This document shows, in pieces, positions 9,907-19,539 of a stretch of DNA of 64,000 bases. A program made the translations under genes and the position numbers. This DNA is from an uncultured Gammaproteobacteria bacterium. Its GTDB lineage: Bacteria; Pseudomonadota; Gammaproteobacteria; HK1. Under the pieces are notes generated by a model. The model had not been told where the DNA came from. It did not search any database and was given only the letters and a program-made list of their open reading frames with translations. Every line of letters starts with the position of its first letter. Within the stretch, counting starts at the first letter, position 1. The DNA lies in assembly GCA_958296085.1 (NCBI GenBank), contig OY282433.1, positions 2,960,367 to 3,024,366 on the forward strand, read 5' to 3'.

Positions 9907-11649
9907 TCAGCGACCGGAGCGCTGGAGGCGGTTCGCCGCGCTCGTCACCGCCTTGAGGGAAGCCATCACGATGTTGGGGTCCATCCCCACCCCGTAGAGG
10001 TAGTCGTCGTCCGGCGCCGAGACCTCGACGTATGCGACGGCGGTCGCGTTGGCGCCGTGTCCCGTCGCGTGCTCCTTGTAGTCGCGCACGTTCACCTCCA
10101 CGCCGAGGTCCCGCGCGAGGGCGCTCGTGTAGGCGTCGATGGGGCCGTTGCCGTTGCCGGTCACGATGCGGGTCTCCCCGTCCACGAGCAGCGTCCCGGT
10201 CACCACCACCCGGTCCGAGGCGTGGGTGTCGGGCGCCATGCGGTGCTCCACGAGCTCGAAGCGCCCATTGCAGCCGAGGTACTCCTTCTCGAAGAGGTTC
10301 CAGATCTCCTGCGACGAGATCTCGAGCCCGCTCTCGTCCGTTACCGACTGCACGATCCGGCTGAGCTCGATCTGGAGGGCGCGCGGGAGGTCGAGGTGGA
10401 ACTCCTCCTGCATGATGTAGGCGACCCCGCCCTTGCCCGACTGGCTGTTGATGCGGATGACCGCCTCGTAGGTGCGCCCGATGTCGCTCGGGTCGATGGG
10501 AAGGTAGGGCACCTGCCAGATTGGCGAGTTGGAGGTGCTGTTGGCGGTCATGCCCTTCTTGATCGCGTCCTGGTGCGACCCGGAGAATGCGGTGTGGACG
10601 AGCTCGCCCGCGTAGGGATGGCGGGGATGTACGGGGAGCTGGTTGCAGTGCTCCGCCACCCCCCGCAGATGGTCGATGTCGGAGAGGTCGAGCTCCGGGT
10701 CCACCCCTTGCGTGAACATGTTGAGCGCGAGGGTCACCACGTCCACGTTGCCGGTGCGCTCGCCGTTTCCGAACAGGGTCCCCTCGATGCGCTCCGCCCC
10801 GGCCATGAAGGCGAGCTCGGCGGCTGCGACCCCCGTGCCCCGGTCGTTGTGGGGGTGCAGGCTGAGAATGATGCTCTCCCGGTTGCGGAGGTTGCGGCCG
10901 AACCACTCGATCTGATCGGCGTAGATGTTGGGGGTCGCCATCTCGACGGTGGCCGGAAGGTTGACGATCATCCTCTTGGACGGGGTCGGCTCGTAGACGT
11001 CCATCACCGCCTCGCAGATCTCGACCGCGTAGTCGAGCTCCGTCCCGGTGAAGCTCTCGGGGGAGTACTGGTATATCCAGTCCGTCTCCGGGCGGGCTTC
11101 GGCCAGCTCGCGGACGAGCTTCGCGCCGCTCACCGCGATCTCGGTGATGCCGTCCCGGTCGAGCCCGAAGACGACGCGCCGCTGCAGGGTCGAGGTGGAG
11201 TTGTAGAGGTGGACGATCGCCCGCTTCGCGCCCGCGAGGCTCTCGAAGGTGCGGGTGATGAGCTCGGGCCGCGACTGGGTGAGGGCCTGGACGGTCACGT
11301 CGTCCGGGATCGCATCGTTCTCGATGAGGTAGCGGCAGAAGTCGAAGTCGGTATCCGAGGCCGAGGGGAAGCCCACCTCGATCTCCTTGAAGCCCATCTT
11401 CACGAGGGTCTCGAACATCCGCTTCTTGCGTTCGTGGTCCATCGGGTTGATGAGCGCCTGGTTGCCGTCGCGAAGGTCGACGCTGCACCAGATGGGAGCG
11501 CGGGTGATGACCCGCCCCGGCCACTTGCGGTCCGGCAGATCGATGGGCTCGAAGGTCCGGTACTTCTCGATGGGCATCCGGCCGGGCGCTTGCGCGGCTG
11601 GCCAGGCGGCGGGCCCGGGAGCCTCGCGGGCCGGAGTCGATTCGTTCAT
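9907..11649 (-). CDS. leuA: 2-isopropylmalate synthase (long, LeuA type 2 form)
   Basis: Contains [29 protein letters not shown] and a C-terminal regulatory domain; 580 aa. Confidence 0.95.
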   Translation of the reverse strand: MNESTPAREAPGPAAWPAAQAPGRMPIEKYRTFEPIDLPDRKWPGRVITRAPIWCSVDLRDGNQALINPMDHERKKRMFETLVKMGFKEIEVGFPSASDTDFDFCRYLIENDAIPDDVTVQALTQSRPELITRTFESLAGAKRAIVHLYNSTSTLQRRVVFGLDRDGITEIAVSGAKLVRELAEARPETDWIYQYSPESFTGTELDYAVEICEAVMDVYEPTPSKRMIVNLPATVEMATPNIYADQIEWFGRNLRNRESIILSLHPHNDRGTGVAAAELAFMAGAERIEGTLFGNGERTGNVDVVTLALNMFTQGVDPELDLSDIDHLRGVAEHCNQLPVHPRHPYAGELVHTAFSGSHQDAIKKGMTANSTSNSPIWQVPYLPIDPSDIGRTYEAVIRINSQSGKGGVAYIMQEEFHLDLPRALQIELSRIVQSVTDESGLEISSQEIWNLFEKEYLGCNGRFELVEHRMAPDTHASDRVVVTGTLLVDGETRIVTGNGNGPIDAYTSALARDLGVEVNVRDYKEHATGHGANATAVAYVEVSAPDDDYLYGVGMDPNIVMASLKAVTSAANRLQRSGR

Positions 11650-11662
11650 TGTCTGGTCCTCC

Positions 11663-11702
11663 AGAAAAGAGAAAGCCCGCCCTCGTTTCCGGGGGCGGGC
11701 TT
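11663..11702 (-). terminator. intrinsic-terminator-like hairpin plus U tract immediately upstream of the leuA RBS (candidate attenuator)
   Basis: The minus strand reads AAGCCCGCCC-ccggaaacga-GGGCGGGCTT followed by TCTCTTTTCT. GGAGG comes next, then the leuA ATG at 11649. Confidence 0.55.
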
Positions 11703-11726
11703 CGTAGCGGTTCGCTCAGTACGGCG

Positions 11727-11789
11727 CTACGTTCCGGCCGACCCCCTCCGGGTCCCGGCAAGAGCGAGGAGCGCGCGCAGTGCCTTCAT
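11727..11789 (-). CDS. candidate leucine-containing leader peptide MKALRALLALAGTRRGSAGT
   Basis: A 20-codon ORF lies between the promoter-like element and the terminator hairpin, with 4 Leu in the first 10 codons. Its stop codon sits inside a CGTAGCG..CGCTACG hairpin. Short ORFs in GC-rich DNA can arise by chance. Confidence 0.35.
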   Translation of the reverse strand: MKALRALLALAGTRRGSAGT

Positions 11790-11796
11790 GCGGGCC

Positions 11797-11825
11797 ATGC
11801 TAAGCCCGCCGGCGGGCCGCGTCAA
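11797..11825 (-). promoter_or_regulatory. sigma70-like promoter candidate for the leuA leader
   Basis: The minus strand reads TTGACG, a 17-nt spacer, then TAGCAT, about 8 nt upstream of the leader ATG. Confidence 0.4.
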
Positions 11826-11921
11826 CCGCCGCACCATGAGCGGTCGGGTCGTTTCCTGCCGAGCGGTCCTCGGCTGCGGCTGCGGACCCGCGGGCGCCAA
11901 GGAGCGGAGCGGCGCACGTCA

Positions 11922-12038
11922 CCTGGAGGACGCCGCCTGGAGGACGCCGCCTGGGAGTGCGGGCCTCTTCTCGTCACCATCAATGTCCGACTCCGCCTTC
12001 TTGGACACCCCTTGGGAGCGCGGGCATCTTGCCCGCGG
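11922..12038. repeat. dispersed GC-rich intergenic repeat, copy 2 (with 15-nt tandem)
   Basis: Contains cctggaggacgccgc x2, then gcctgggagtgcgggcctcttctcgtc (related to 58201-58230). It ends with cttgggagcgcgggcatcttgcccgcgg, which is related to the core of copies 1 and 3. Confidence 0.65.
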
Positions 12039-12089
12039 CGGCCGCGCACCCGGCGGCCGGGGCGGGGCCCGTCGATCCCCGACCCGGCA

Positions 12090-13262
12090 TCAGTGCGGCG
12101 GCAGCAGCTCGCGCGCAAGCTCCACCCAGTAGGTGGCGCCGATGGGGAGGATCTCGTCGTTGAAGTCGTAGTGGGGGTTGTGGACCATGCAGCCCCCGTG
12201 CTCGCCCTCGCCGTTGCCGATCATGATGTAGTTGCCGGGGCGCTTCAGCAGCATGAAGGCGAAGTCCTCCGAGCCCATGATGCGGGCCGCTCCGGCGTCG
12301 ACGTTCTCCGCCCCCACCACCCTGGCCGCCGCCCGGGCGGCGATCGCGGTCTCCTCTTCGCCATTGACGAGGGGCGGGTAGTTCTTCTCGTACACGGCCT
12401 CGGCGGAGATGCCGCGGGCGGCGCAGATCCCGTTGACGATCCGGTCGAGGCCCGCCGCGAACTGATCGCGGACCGAATGGGTGAAAGAGCGCACCGTTCC
12501 CGCGAACTCCACCGAGTCGGGGATGACGTTGATCGCGTCGCCGCCCCGGATGCGCCCGACGGTGAACGTGGCCGCGTTCTGGGCGTTGATCTCCTGGGCG
12601 ACGAAGTCGTTCAGGGCCTCGATGATCGCGCACGCGGCGTTGACCGGGCTGCGCGCGAGATGGGGCATCGCGCCGTGGCCGCCCACGCCGTTCACGGTGA
12701 CCCGCACCGTGTCCGAGCTCGCGAGGAACGGCCCGGTGCGGGTGATGAACTTCCCGACCGGAACGGTCGGGAAGTTGTGCATCCCCCAGACCGAATCCAC
12801 CGGGAATTCGTCGAACAGGCCGTCCCGGATCATCGCGTCGGCGCCGCCCGCGCCTTCCTCCGCGGGCTGGAAGATGAAGTGGACGGTGCCGTCGAAGCCC
12901 TGGTGCGCGGCGAGGTGGCGGGCCGCGCCGAGGAGCATCGTGGTGTGGCCGTCGTGCCCGCAGCCGTGCATCCGGCCGGGATGCCGCGATGCGTGCTCGA
13001 AGGTGTTCAGCTCGTCCATCGCGAGGGCGTCCATGTCCGCGCGGAGCCCGATCGCCCCGTTGCCGGGCCCGCACCTGAGCGTCCCGACCACCCCGGTGCC
13101 CCCGAGGCCGCGCCGGATCGGGATGCCCCAGGCCGTCAGCCGCTCCGCCACCACGTCCGCGGTGCGGTGCTCCTCGTAGGCGAGCTCGGGATGGCGGTGG
13201 AGATCGCGGCGGACCCCGGTCATCTCTTCGTGGTGGGCGACGAGGTCGTCGATGAGGTTCAT
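12090..13262 (-). CDS. M20 family amidohydrolase (hippurate hydrolase / N-acyl-L-amino-acid amidohydrolase-like)
   Basis: Contains RRDLHRHPELAYEE, LRADMDAL and HGCGHDGH. I trimmed the start to ATG 13262 (MNLIDDL). Confidence 0.9.
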   Translation of the reverse strand: MNLIDDLVAHHEEMTGVRRDLHRHPELAYEEHRTADVVAERLTAWGIPIRRGLGGTGVVGTLRCGPGNGAIGLRADMDALAMDELNTFEHASRHPGRMHGCGHDGHTTMLLGAARHLAAHQGFDGTVHFIFQPAEEGAGGADAMIRDGLFDEFPVDSVWGMHNFPTVPVGKFITRTGPFLASSDTVRVTVNGVGGHGAMPHLARSPVNAACAIIEALNDFVAQEINAQNAATFTVGRIRGGDAINVIPDSVEFAGTVRSFTHSVRDQFAAGLDRIVNGICAARGISAEAVYEKNYPPLVNGEEETAIAARAAARVVGAENVDAGAARIMGSEDFAFMLLKRPGNYIMIGNGEGEHGGCMVHNPHYDFNDEILPIGATYWVELARELLPPH

Positions 13263-13490
13263 GGGAAGGCTCCTCGGTGGGCGGCGAGGTGCGGACCGTC
13301 CGGCCTCGACCGTCTGCCATGAGTGCGGGCAACCCACGCTCCGGGCGGAATTTTCCCGAGACGGGGTGCTCTCGATCCGCGGGCCGGCCCGACGAGCGGG
13401 TGGCGCCCGCGAAGAACGAACCGGCCGGATCCCGGGAAGCGTCCCGGGTCCCGGGGACCGGCCGATCGAGGAGGGTGGTGCGGCGGGGAG

Positions 13491-14681
13491 TCAGTCCGCA
13501 CGGCGGTGGCGGAGCTCCCGCATCCCCTTCTCGAGCCCCTCGACGGTGAGCGGGTACATGCGGCTCCCCATGATCTCGCGGGTCATCTCGATCGACTGGG
13601 TGTAGCCCCAGATGTTCTCCGGCTTCGGGTTGAGCCAGATCGCGAAGGGCCAGGCGTCGAGCACGCGGCCCATCCACACCGCCCCCGCCTCCTCGTTCCA
13701 GTGCTCGACGCTTCCCCCGGGATAGGCGATCTCGTAGGGGCTCATGCTCGCGTCGCCGACGAAGATCGCCTTGTGCTCCGCGTTGTACTTGTGGAGGACG
13801 TCCATCGTCGGGATGCGCACGGAGTGGCGGCGCCGGTTGTCCTTCCACACCGTCTCGTAGACGAAGTTGTGGAAGTAGAAATACTCCAGGTGCTTGAACT
13901 CCCCGCGCGCGGCGGAGAAGAGCTCCTCGCACACCTTGACGTGGTCGTCCATCGAGCCGCCGACGTCGAGGAACAGCAGCACCTTCACCGCGTTGTGCCG
14001 CTCCGGGACCATGCGGATGTCGAGCAGGCCGCCGTTGCGGGCCGTCGAGCGAACGGTGTCGTCGAGGTCGAGCTCCTCCTCCGCTCCCTCGCGCGCAAAG
14101 CGTCGGAGCTTCCTGAGGGCCACCTTCATGTTCCGGGTTCCGAGCTCCACCGTATCGTCGAAGTTCTTGAACTCCCGGCGATCCCAGACCTTGACGGCGC
14201 GCCGGTGGCGCGACTCGTGCTGCCCGATGCGCACCCCCTCGGGGTTGTAGCCATAGGCTCCGAACGGCGACTTCCCGGCCGTCCCGATCCACTTGTTGCC
14301 GCCCTGGTGGCGCCCCTTCTGCTCCTCGAGGCGCTTCCGGAGCTCCTCCATCAGCTTGTCGAAGCCGCCCATCGCCTCGATGAGCGCCTTCTCTTCCTCG
14401 CTGAGCCGGAGCTCCGCCTGCCGGCGAAGCCACTCCTCCGGGATCTCTCCGTGCAGCGCGTCGAACAGCTCCTCCATTCCCTTGAAGTACGTCCCGAAGC
14501 ATTGATCGAAGCGGTCGAAATGCCGCTCGTCCTTCACGAGGGCGGCCCGCGCGAGGTAGTAGAAGTCGTCCACGCTCAGCATGGCGACCCGGCGCTCGAG
14601 GGCTTCGAGCAGGGTCAGGTACTCGGTGATCGCGACCGGTACGTGGTACCGGCGAAGGCCGAAGAAGAAGTCAACCAGCAT
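13491..14681 (-). CDS. VWA domain protein (CoxE-like), partner of the MoxR ATPase
   Basis: Has a MIDAS-like LLFLDVGGSMDD motif, is 396 aa, and its start overlaps the stop of the upstream MoxR gene by 11 nt. Confidence 0.8.
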   Translation of the reverse strand: MLVDFFFGLRRYHVPVAITEYLTLLEALERRVAMLSVDDFYYLARAALVKDERHFDRFDQCFGTYFKGMEELFDALHGEIPEEWLRRQAELRLSEEEKALIEAMGGFDKLMEELRKRLEEQKGRHQGGNKWIGTAGKSPFGAYGYNPEGVRIGQHESRHRRAVKVWDRREFKNFDDTVELGTRNMKVALRKLRRFAREGAEEELDLDDTVRSTARNGGLLDIRMVPERHNAVKVLLFLDVGGSMDDHVKVCEELFSAARGEFKHLEYFYFHNFVYETVWKDNRRRHSVRIPTMDVLHKYNAEHKAIFVGDASMSPYEIAYPGGSVEHWNEEAGAVWMGRVLDAWPFAIWLNPKPENIWGYTQSIEMTREIMGSRMYPLTVEGLEKGMRELRHRRAD

Positions 14682-15525
14682 TGCGGCGGTGCAGGAAGGC
14701 GAGCCGCTCGAAGAGGTGCACGTCCTGCTCGTTCTTGAGGAGGGCGCCGTAGAGCGGCGGGATGGCCTCGCGGGCGTCCTTGCTGCGCAGCGTCTCGGGC
14801 GGGATGTCCTCCGCGACGAGCAGCTTGATCCAGTCGAGGAGCTCCGAGGTCGAGGGCTTCTTCTTGAGCCCCGGCACTTCGCGCATCTCGAAGAAGGTCT
14901 CCAGCGACTCCTTGAGCAGGTCCTTCTTGAGGTCCGGGAAGTGGACCCCGACGATGCGGGTCATCGTCTCGGTGTCCGGGAACCGGATGTAGTGGAAGAA
15001 GCAGCGGCGCAGGAACGCGTCCGGCAGCTCCTTCTCGTTGTTGCTGGTGATGATGATGACGGGCCGGTGGATCGCGGTGATCGTCTCCTTCGTCTCGTAG
15101 ACGTAGAACTCCATGCGGTCGAGCTCCTGGAGGAGGTCGTTCGGGAACTCGATGTCCGCCTTGTCGATCTCGTCGATGAGAAGGACCGGGCGCGTCTCGG
15201 AGGCGAAGGCTTCCCAGAGCTTTCCCTGGACGATGTAGTTGCGGATGTCGTGGACCCGGCCGTCGCCGAGCTGCGAGTCGCGCAGGCGCGCCACCGCATC
15301 GTACTCGTAGAGCCCCTGGCTCGCCTTCGTGATCGACTTGATGTGCCACTGGATGAGGGGGGCGCCGATCGCGCGCGCCACCTCCTCGGCGAGCATGGTC
15401 TTGCCCGTGCCGGGCTCTCCCTTGATGAGCAACGGCCGCTCGAGGGTGATGGCGGCGTTCACCGCGAGCATCAGGTCTTCGGTGGCGATGTAGGTATCGG
15501 TACCTTCGAATCTTCCCTGCGGCAT
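14671..15525 (-). CDS. MoxR-family AAA+ ATPase
   Basis: Walker A is GEPGTGKT and Walker B is VLLIDEIDKA, and SNNEKELPDAFLRRC is also present. I trimmed the start to ATG 15525 (MPQGRF). Confidence 0.9.
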   Translation of the reverse strand: MPQGRFEGTDTYIATEDLMLAVNAAITLERPLLIKGEPGTGKTMLAEEVARAIGAPLIQWHIKSITKASQGLYEYDAVARLRDSQLGDGRVHDIRNYIVQGKLWEAFASETRPVLLIDEIDKADIEFPNDLLQELDRMEFYVYETKETITAIHRPVIIITSNNEKELPDAFLRRCFFHYIRFPDTETMTRIVGVHFPDLKKDLLKESLETFFEMREVPGLKKKPSTSELLDWIKLLVAEDIPPETLRSKDAREAIPPLYGALLKNEQDVHLFERLAFLHRRNAG

Positions 15526-15619
15526 CGGGCAATCTTCTCCGTGGGGGCGAGCGGGTCGGCGACAGTGTAGACGATCGAAGTTGCCGGTCCGGAGCGGCGG
15601 GTGGGGTAGAATCCGCGCG

Positions 15620-16618
15620 ATGCACGCCCGCGCGACCATCGGCGGCCGGGAAGCCGGCGCCCTCCCGGGGGAGGAGTTCGAGATGCAGGCCGAAACGGTC
15701 GAGATCGAGGCGCCCGATCTCGCGCCCTGGCGGGAGGGAAGCGCCGGCGTCGACTACGCGCACACTCTCGAGAGCGGCCGGCCGGGGCCCCACGTCATGG
15801 TGAGCGCCGTGGTGCACGGCAACGAGCTCTGCGGCGCGATCGTGCTCGACGAGCTGCTGCGGGCGGAAGTCCGCCCCGCGCGCGGCCGGCTCACCCTCGC
15901 GTTCATGAACGTCGAAGCCTGCGAACGCTTCGATCCCGAGCACCCCGTCCTCAGCCGCTACGTGGACGAGGACTTCAACCGCCTGTGGTCGAGCGAGGTG
16001 CTGGGGGGCCGGCGCGACAGCGTGGAGCTCCGGCGCGCGAGGGCGCTCAGGCCGATCCTCGACGAGGTCGACTACCTGCTCGACCTCCACTCGATGCAGT
16101 ACTCGGCGGCGCCGCTCGCGCTCTGCGGCGCCACTCGCAAGGGGCGGGACTTCGCCCGCGCGCTCGGGTTGTCCGCCCACATCGTGCGCGACGCCGGCCA
16201 CGCGGCGGGGCCGCGGATGCGGGACTACGCCGCGTTCGCGGACGATGAGAGCCCTCGCGCCGCGCTGCTCGTCGAGTGCGGCCAGCACTGGAAGCGCGAG
16301 ACGGTGGAGACGGCGCGAAGGGTCGCGTTCCGGTTCCTCGACCACTTCGGGGTCCGGCTGCCGGAGCCGCCCCCGCCGGTGGACGGGGCGGCGGCAAGGC
16401 TCATCGAGGTCACCTCGCCGGTCACGGTGCGAAGCCACCGATTCCGCTTCACCCTGCCGTACCGGGGCATGGAGGTCATCGAGAAGGCGGGGACCGTCAT
16501 CGGGTACGATGGCGACGCTGCGGTCGCCACCCCCTACGATGACTGCGTGCTCATCATGCCCACCCACCGGGCGAGCCGCGGCACCACCGCGGTCCGCCTC
16601 GGGCGCTTCGTCGGATAG
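15620..16618 (+). CDS. succinylglutamate desuccinylase/aspartoacylase (AstE/AspA, M14-like) family protein
   Basis: Contains VVHGNELCG (zinc ligand context) and DLHSM. The start is uncertain, with in-frame candidates at 15581, 15620 and 15683. Confidence 0.7.
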   Translation: MHARATIGGREAGALPGEEFEMQAETVEIEAPDLAPWREGSAGVDYAHTLESGRPGPHVMVSAVVHGNELCGAIVLDELLRAEVRPARGRLTLAFMNVEACERFDPEHPVLSRYVDEDFNRLWSSEVLGGRRDSVELRRARALRPILDEVDYLLDLHSMQYSAAPLALCGATRKGRDFARALGLSAHIVRDAGHAAGPRMRDYAAFADDESPRAALLVECGQHWKRETVETARRVAFRFLDHFGVRLPEPPPPVDGAAARLIEVTSPVTVRSHRFRFTLPYRGMEVIEKAGTVIGYDGDAAVATPYDDCVLIMPTHRASRGTTAVRLGRFVG

Positions 16619-16689
16619 CTGGTCCCAACCGGGATGGCGCGGCTGGCGGCCATGCAAGGGAAATCTCCAACGGTCTCGAACGGCAAGCA

Positions 16690-19539
16690 ATGGGAGCTGA
16701 TCTGATCCAGGCACGTTCGTCCGATCTACCGAACAGGTTCGATCATCTGTTCGCGCAGGCGACTACGCACTGTCCACACGACTACCAAAAGCGGCTCGCA
16801 TGCGGCGAACGTCATGAGCGTCACCATATTGACTGGCTGAGCGGTAGCCGTACATGCGAGTCGATGCTCATCGACGTTCCCACCGGTTTCGGGAAGACCG
16901 GCGCGGTAGTGCTGGCTTGGCTGTGGAACCGCGTCTTGAGACACCGGGACGATTGGCCGCGCCGCCTCGTCTACTGCCTGCCCATGCGAACGCTCGTCGA
17001 ACAGACCCTTCAGGATGCAAGACAATGGTTGAGGAGACTCGGGCTCTCGGATGAAGTCGGCCTTCACGTGCTCATGGGAGGAGAAGATACCGGCGAATGG
17101 GACATCCAGGTGGAACGGAACGCCGTGCTGGTGGGCACGCAGGACATGTTTCTTTCCAGAGCCCTCAACCGTGGTTATGGGATGAGCCGATATCGCTGGC
17201 CGATGCATTTCGGGCTTCTCAACAACGATTGCCTGTGGATCATGGACGAAGTGCAATTGATGGGGCCGGGGCTCTGGACGTCGGCGCAACTGGACTGGAT
17301 GAGGAATGATCGCTTCAAGAGTCTGAAACCCTGCTCGACGTGGTGGATGAGCGCGACGATTCGCCCGAAGTTTCTTGAGATGATTGATCGAAAGAACGCG
17401 AAATTGCACAGACCTGAATGCATAAATCTGAAAGAGCGCGATCAGAACCACGAGATTCTCCAGGCGCGTCGCCCATGCAAGCTATGGAAGCCTCCGGTCT
17501 CGGCGCGAAAGACGCGCAAGAAGGAGTCTACCGACGACAAGCTGTCGGCATTCGTACAGGCGCTGGCCGAGGCCGTGACCGGTGAGCACCATGAGGCGAG
17601 TCTGAGCCTTGTCGTCTGCAACACCGTTACCGTCGCGCAACAGGTCTACGCAGCTATCAGAGACATTTACATCGATGCCTCTGATGTTGCTCTTCTGACC
17701 TCGCGTTTCCGGGCCAGGGATCGCGAAGAGAATCAAGGCAGGCTTCTGGCTTTCGAAGCAGCCCGCAAACGCGCCGTGACGGACGGGACCGTCTCGGTCA
17801 CAGGACTCATTTGCGTGTCTACGCAAGTGATCGAGGCGGGCATAGACGTATCGGCGCGGCGGTTGTGGTCGGAAGTCGCCCCTTGGCCGTCGGCAATTCA
17901 GCGTCTCGGACGCCTGAATCGGGACGGACGACTGAATGGAGATGCCTGTGCCTGTTTCTGGGAAGGACCGGAGAAACCGAAACGGGGCGCACGGTTCATC
18001 GGCCCCTATGAAGCCGATGCGGTAAAGCGTGGACACGAACTCGTCACTGCGTTGGTCGCGGTATACGAATCCGATGACACACTGCCCGCGATGGAAGCCT
18101 TGGCAAGGCTGAGTACACGAGACGAAACCAGGGATATGGTCGAGAAGGCACTGACTCCCGCCCCCGAACCGTGCCCGAGGGCCATCGATGTGCATGGGCT
18201 CTTTTCGACGGAGCCGGATGTCTTCGGAGGCTTCACCGACGTGAGTTCATTCGTCCGAAGTCAGGATGAGAATGCCGACGTGACGGTCTTCTGGCGTGTG
18301 TGGCGTTCCGACGCCGAGTTGCGACGTTCGGAGGCGTTGACCGGGCCGGCATTTGCTCAGGACGAAGGGTGCGCCGTGCCCGCCGGCAGATTACGGGATT
18401 TCTTGGAGAACCGGAAGGCCTGGATCTGGGACGACAAGAGCGAAGCGTGGGAGTCGGTTCGCGCTCGGGATATCCGTCCCGGCATGTTGGTGATGCTGCG
18501 GCGCGACGACGGGGGATACTCGCGTGATCTGGGTTGGACGGGGAGCAAGACCGATCAATTGGATGATGTGTCGCCACCGGGAGAACCGTACGAGAGGTTC
18601 GAGGACGACCGATACAGCGAGAGCGGAATCTGGGTCACGTTGACAGACCATCTGAAGGACACCGAGCGGGAAGCGGAACGCATCGTCCGGGCCGTGAACC
18701 TGGATGGCGATGTTGGCTTGGCAGTCATTCACGCATCATCGGAACACGACATCGGCAAGGCGCTGTCGCAGTGGCAGTACGAGCTGCCGAAGCCGCCACC
18801 GCAAGAGGGCTGCGTATGGGCCAAGGCGCCGTATCAGTTCGCGGTTATCGCAGATGGGTCCGAAGCGGTACGGGAAACCGAGGTCATCCTTCTCACGAGC
18901 GGCTTGCGGCATAGCCAAGCCGACCCGTGGGGACAGGAGATGGCGGACGGCCGGATCCGGTTCACGTGGCACATGGACTCAAAGGTGCCTCGTGCAGCAC
19001 TCGAACACATCCGTGCCGCGCCGCGCATCGTGCGCACGTGGAACGTCCCTTTCCGGCCCGGTCTTCGTCATGAGGCGGCGACGGCCCTCGCGCTGTGGCA
19101 TAGCTACTATCAAGGGAAGAACGCGGACTTCCCGGCGCTGTCGATTTATCTCTGCGCCGCGCATCACGGCAAGGTGCGGACGGTTCTCACGTCTCGAACC
19201 GCGACCGGCGAGGACGTGTGTGGGATACCGAAGACCACTGCATCGCTTCCGTGGAACGACATGCCCTTGGACTTCGCGTGTGCGGTCGATGGAGCGTCGG
19301 GGTGCTTCTCGGACGACGGGCAGACGTTCCTCTTCGCAGCGCCCGGCTGGACAGGGCTCGTTGCCGACCTGCTTGGCGCATGGGAGCACGATGCGGTGCC
19401 GGGCGTGAGCGGTGCCGTGGCGGATGGTGAGCCGCGCGATCTTGGACCGTTCGCGCTGGCCTATCTTGAGACGCTGGTTCGTTGCGCCGATGAGCGGGCG
19501 AGCAAGACACCCGGCGCCGGCAGGGGAACAGGTTCGTGA
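16690..19539 (+). CDS. cas3: Cas3-like SF2 helicase with C-terminal HD nuclease domain (type I-G/I-U architecture)
   Basis: Helicase motifs are DVPTGFGKTGAV (I), IMDEVQLM (II), WWMSAT (III) and QRLGRLNR (VI). The C-terminal HD motifs are LTDHLKD, EHDIGKA, RHEAATALALW and AAHHGKVR. Confidence 0.85.
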   Translation: MGADLIQARSSDLPNRFDHLFAQATTHCPHDYQKRLACGERHERHHIDWLSGSRTCESMLIDVPTGFGKTGAVVLAWLWNRVLRHRDDWPRRLVYCLPMRTLVEQTLQDARQWLRRLGLSDEVGLHVLMGGEDTGEWDIQVERNAVLVGTQDMFLSRALNRGYGMSRYRWPMHFGLLNNDCLWIMDEVQLMGPGLWTSAQLDWMRNDRFKSLKPCSTWWMSATIRPKFLEMIDRKNAKLHRPECINLKERDQNHEILQARRPCKLWKPPVSARKTRKKESTDDKLSAFVQALAEAVTGEHHEASLSLVVCNTVTVAQQVYAAIRDIYIDASDVALLTSRFRARDREENQGRLLAFEAARKRAVTDGTVSVTGLICVSTQVIEAGIDVSARRLWSEVAPWPSAIQRLGRLNRDGRLNGDACACFWEGPEKPKRGARFIGPYEADAVKRGHELVTALVAVYESDDTLPAMEALARLSTRDETRDMVEKALTPAPEPCPRAIDVHGLFSTEPDVFGGFTDVSSFVRSQDENADVTVFWRVWRSDAELRRSEALTGPAFAQDEGCAVPAGRLRDFLENRKAWIWDDKSEAWESVRARDIRPGMLVMLRRDDGGYSRDLGWTGSKTDQLDDVSPPGEPYERFEDDRYSESGIWVTLTDHLKDTEREAERIVRAVNLDGDVGLAVIHASSEHDIGKALSQWQYELPKPPPQEGCVWAKAPYQFAVIADGSEAVRETEVILLTSGLRHSQADPWGQEMADGRIRFTWHMDSKVPRAALEHIRAAPRIVRTWNVPFRPGLRHEAATALALWHSYYQGKNADFPALSIYLCAAHHGKVRTVLTSRTATGEDVCGIPKTTASLPWNDMPLDFACAVDGASGCFSDDGQTFLFAAPGWTGLVADLLGAWEHDAVPGVSGAVADGEPRDLGPFALAYLETLVRCADERASKTPGAGRGTGS

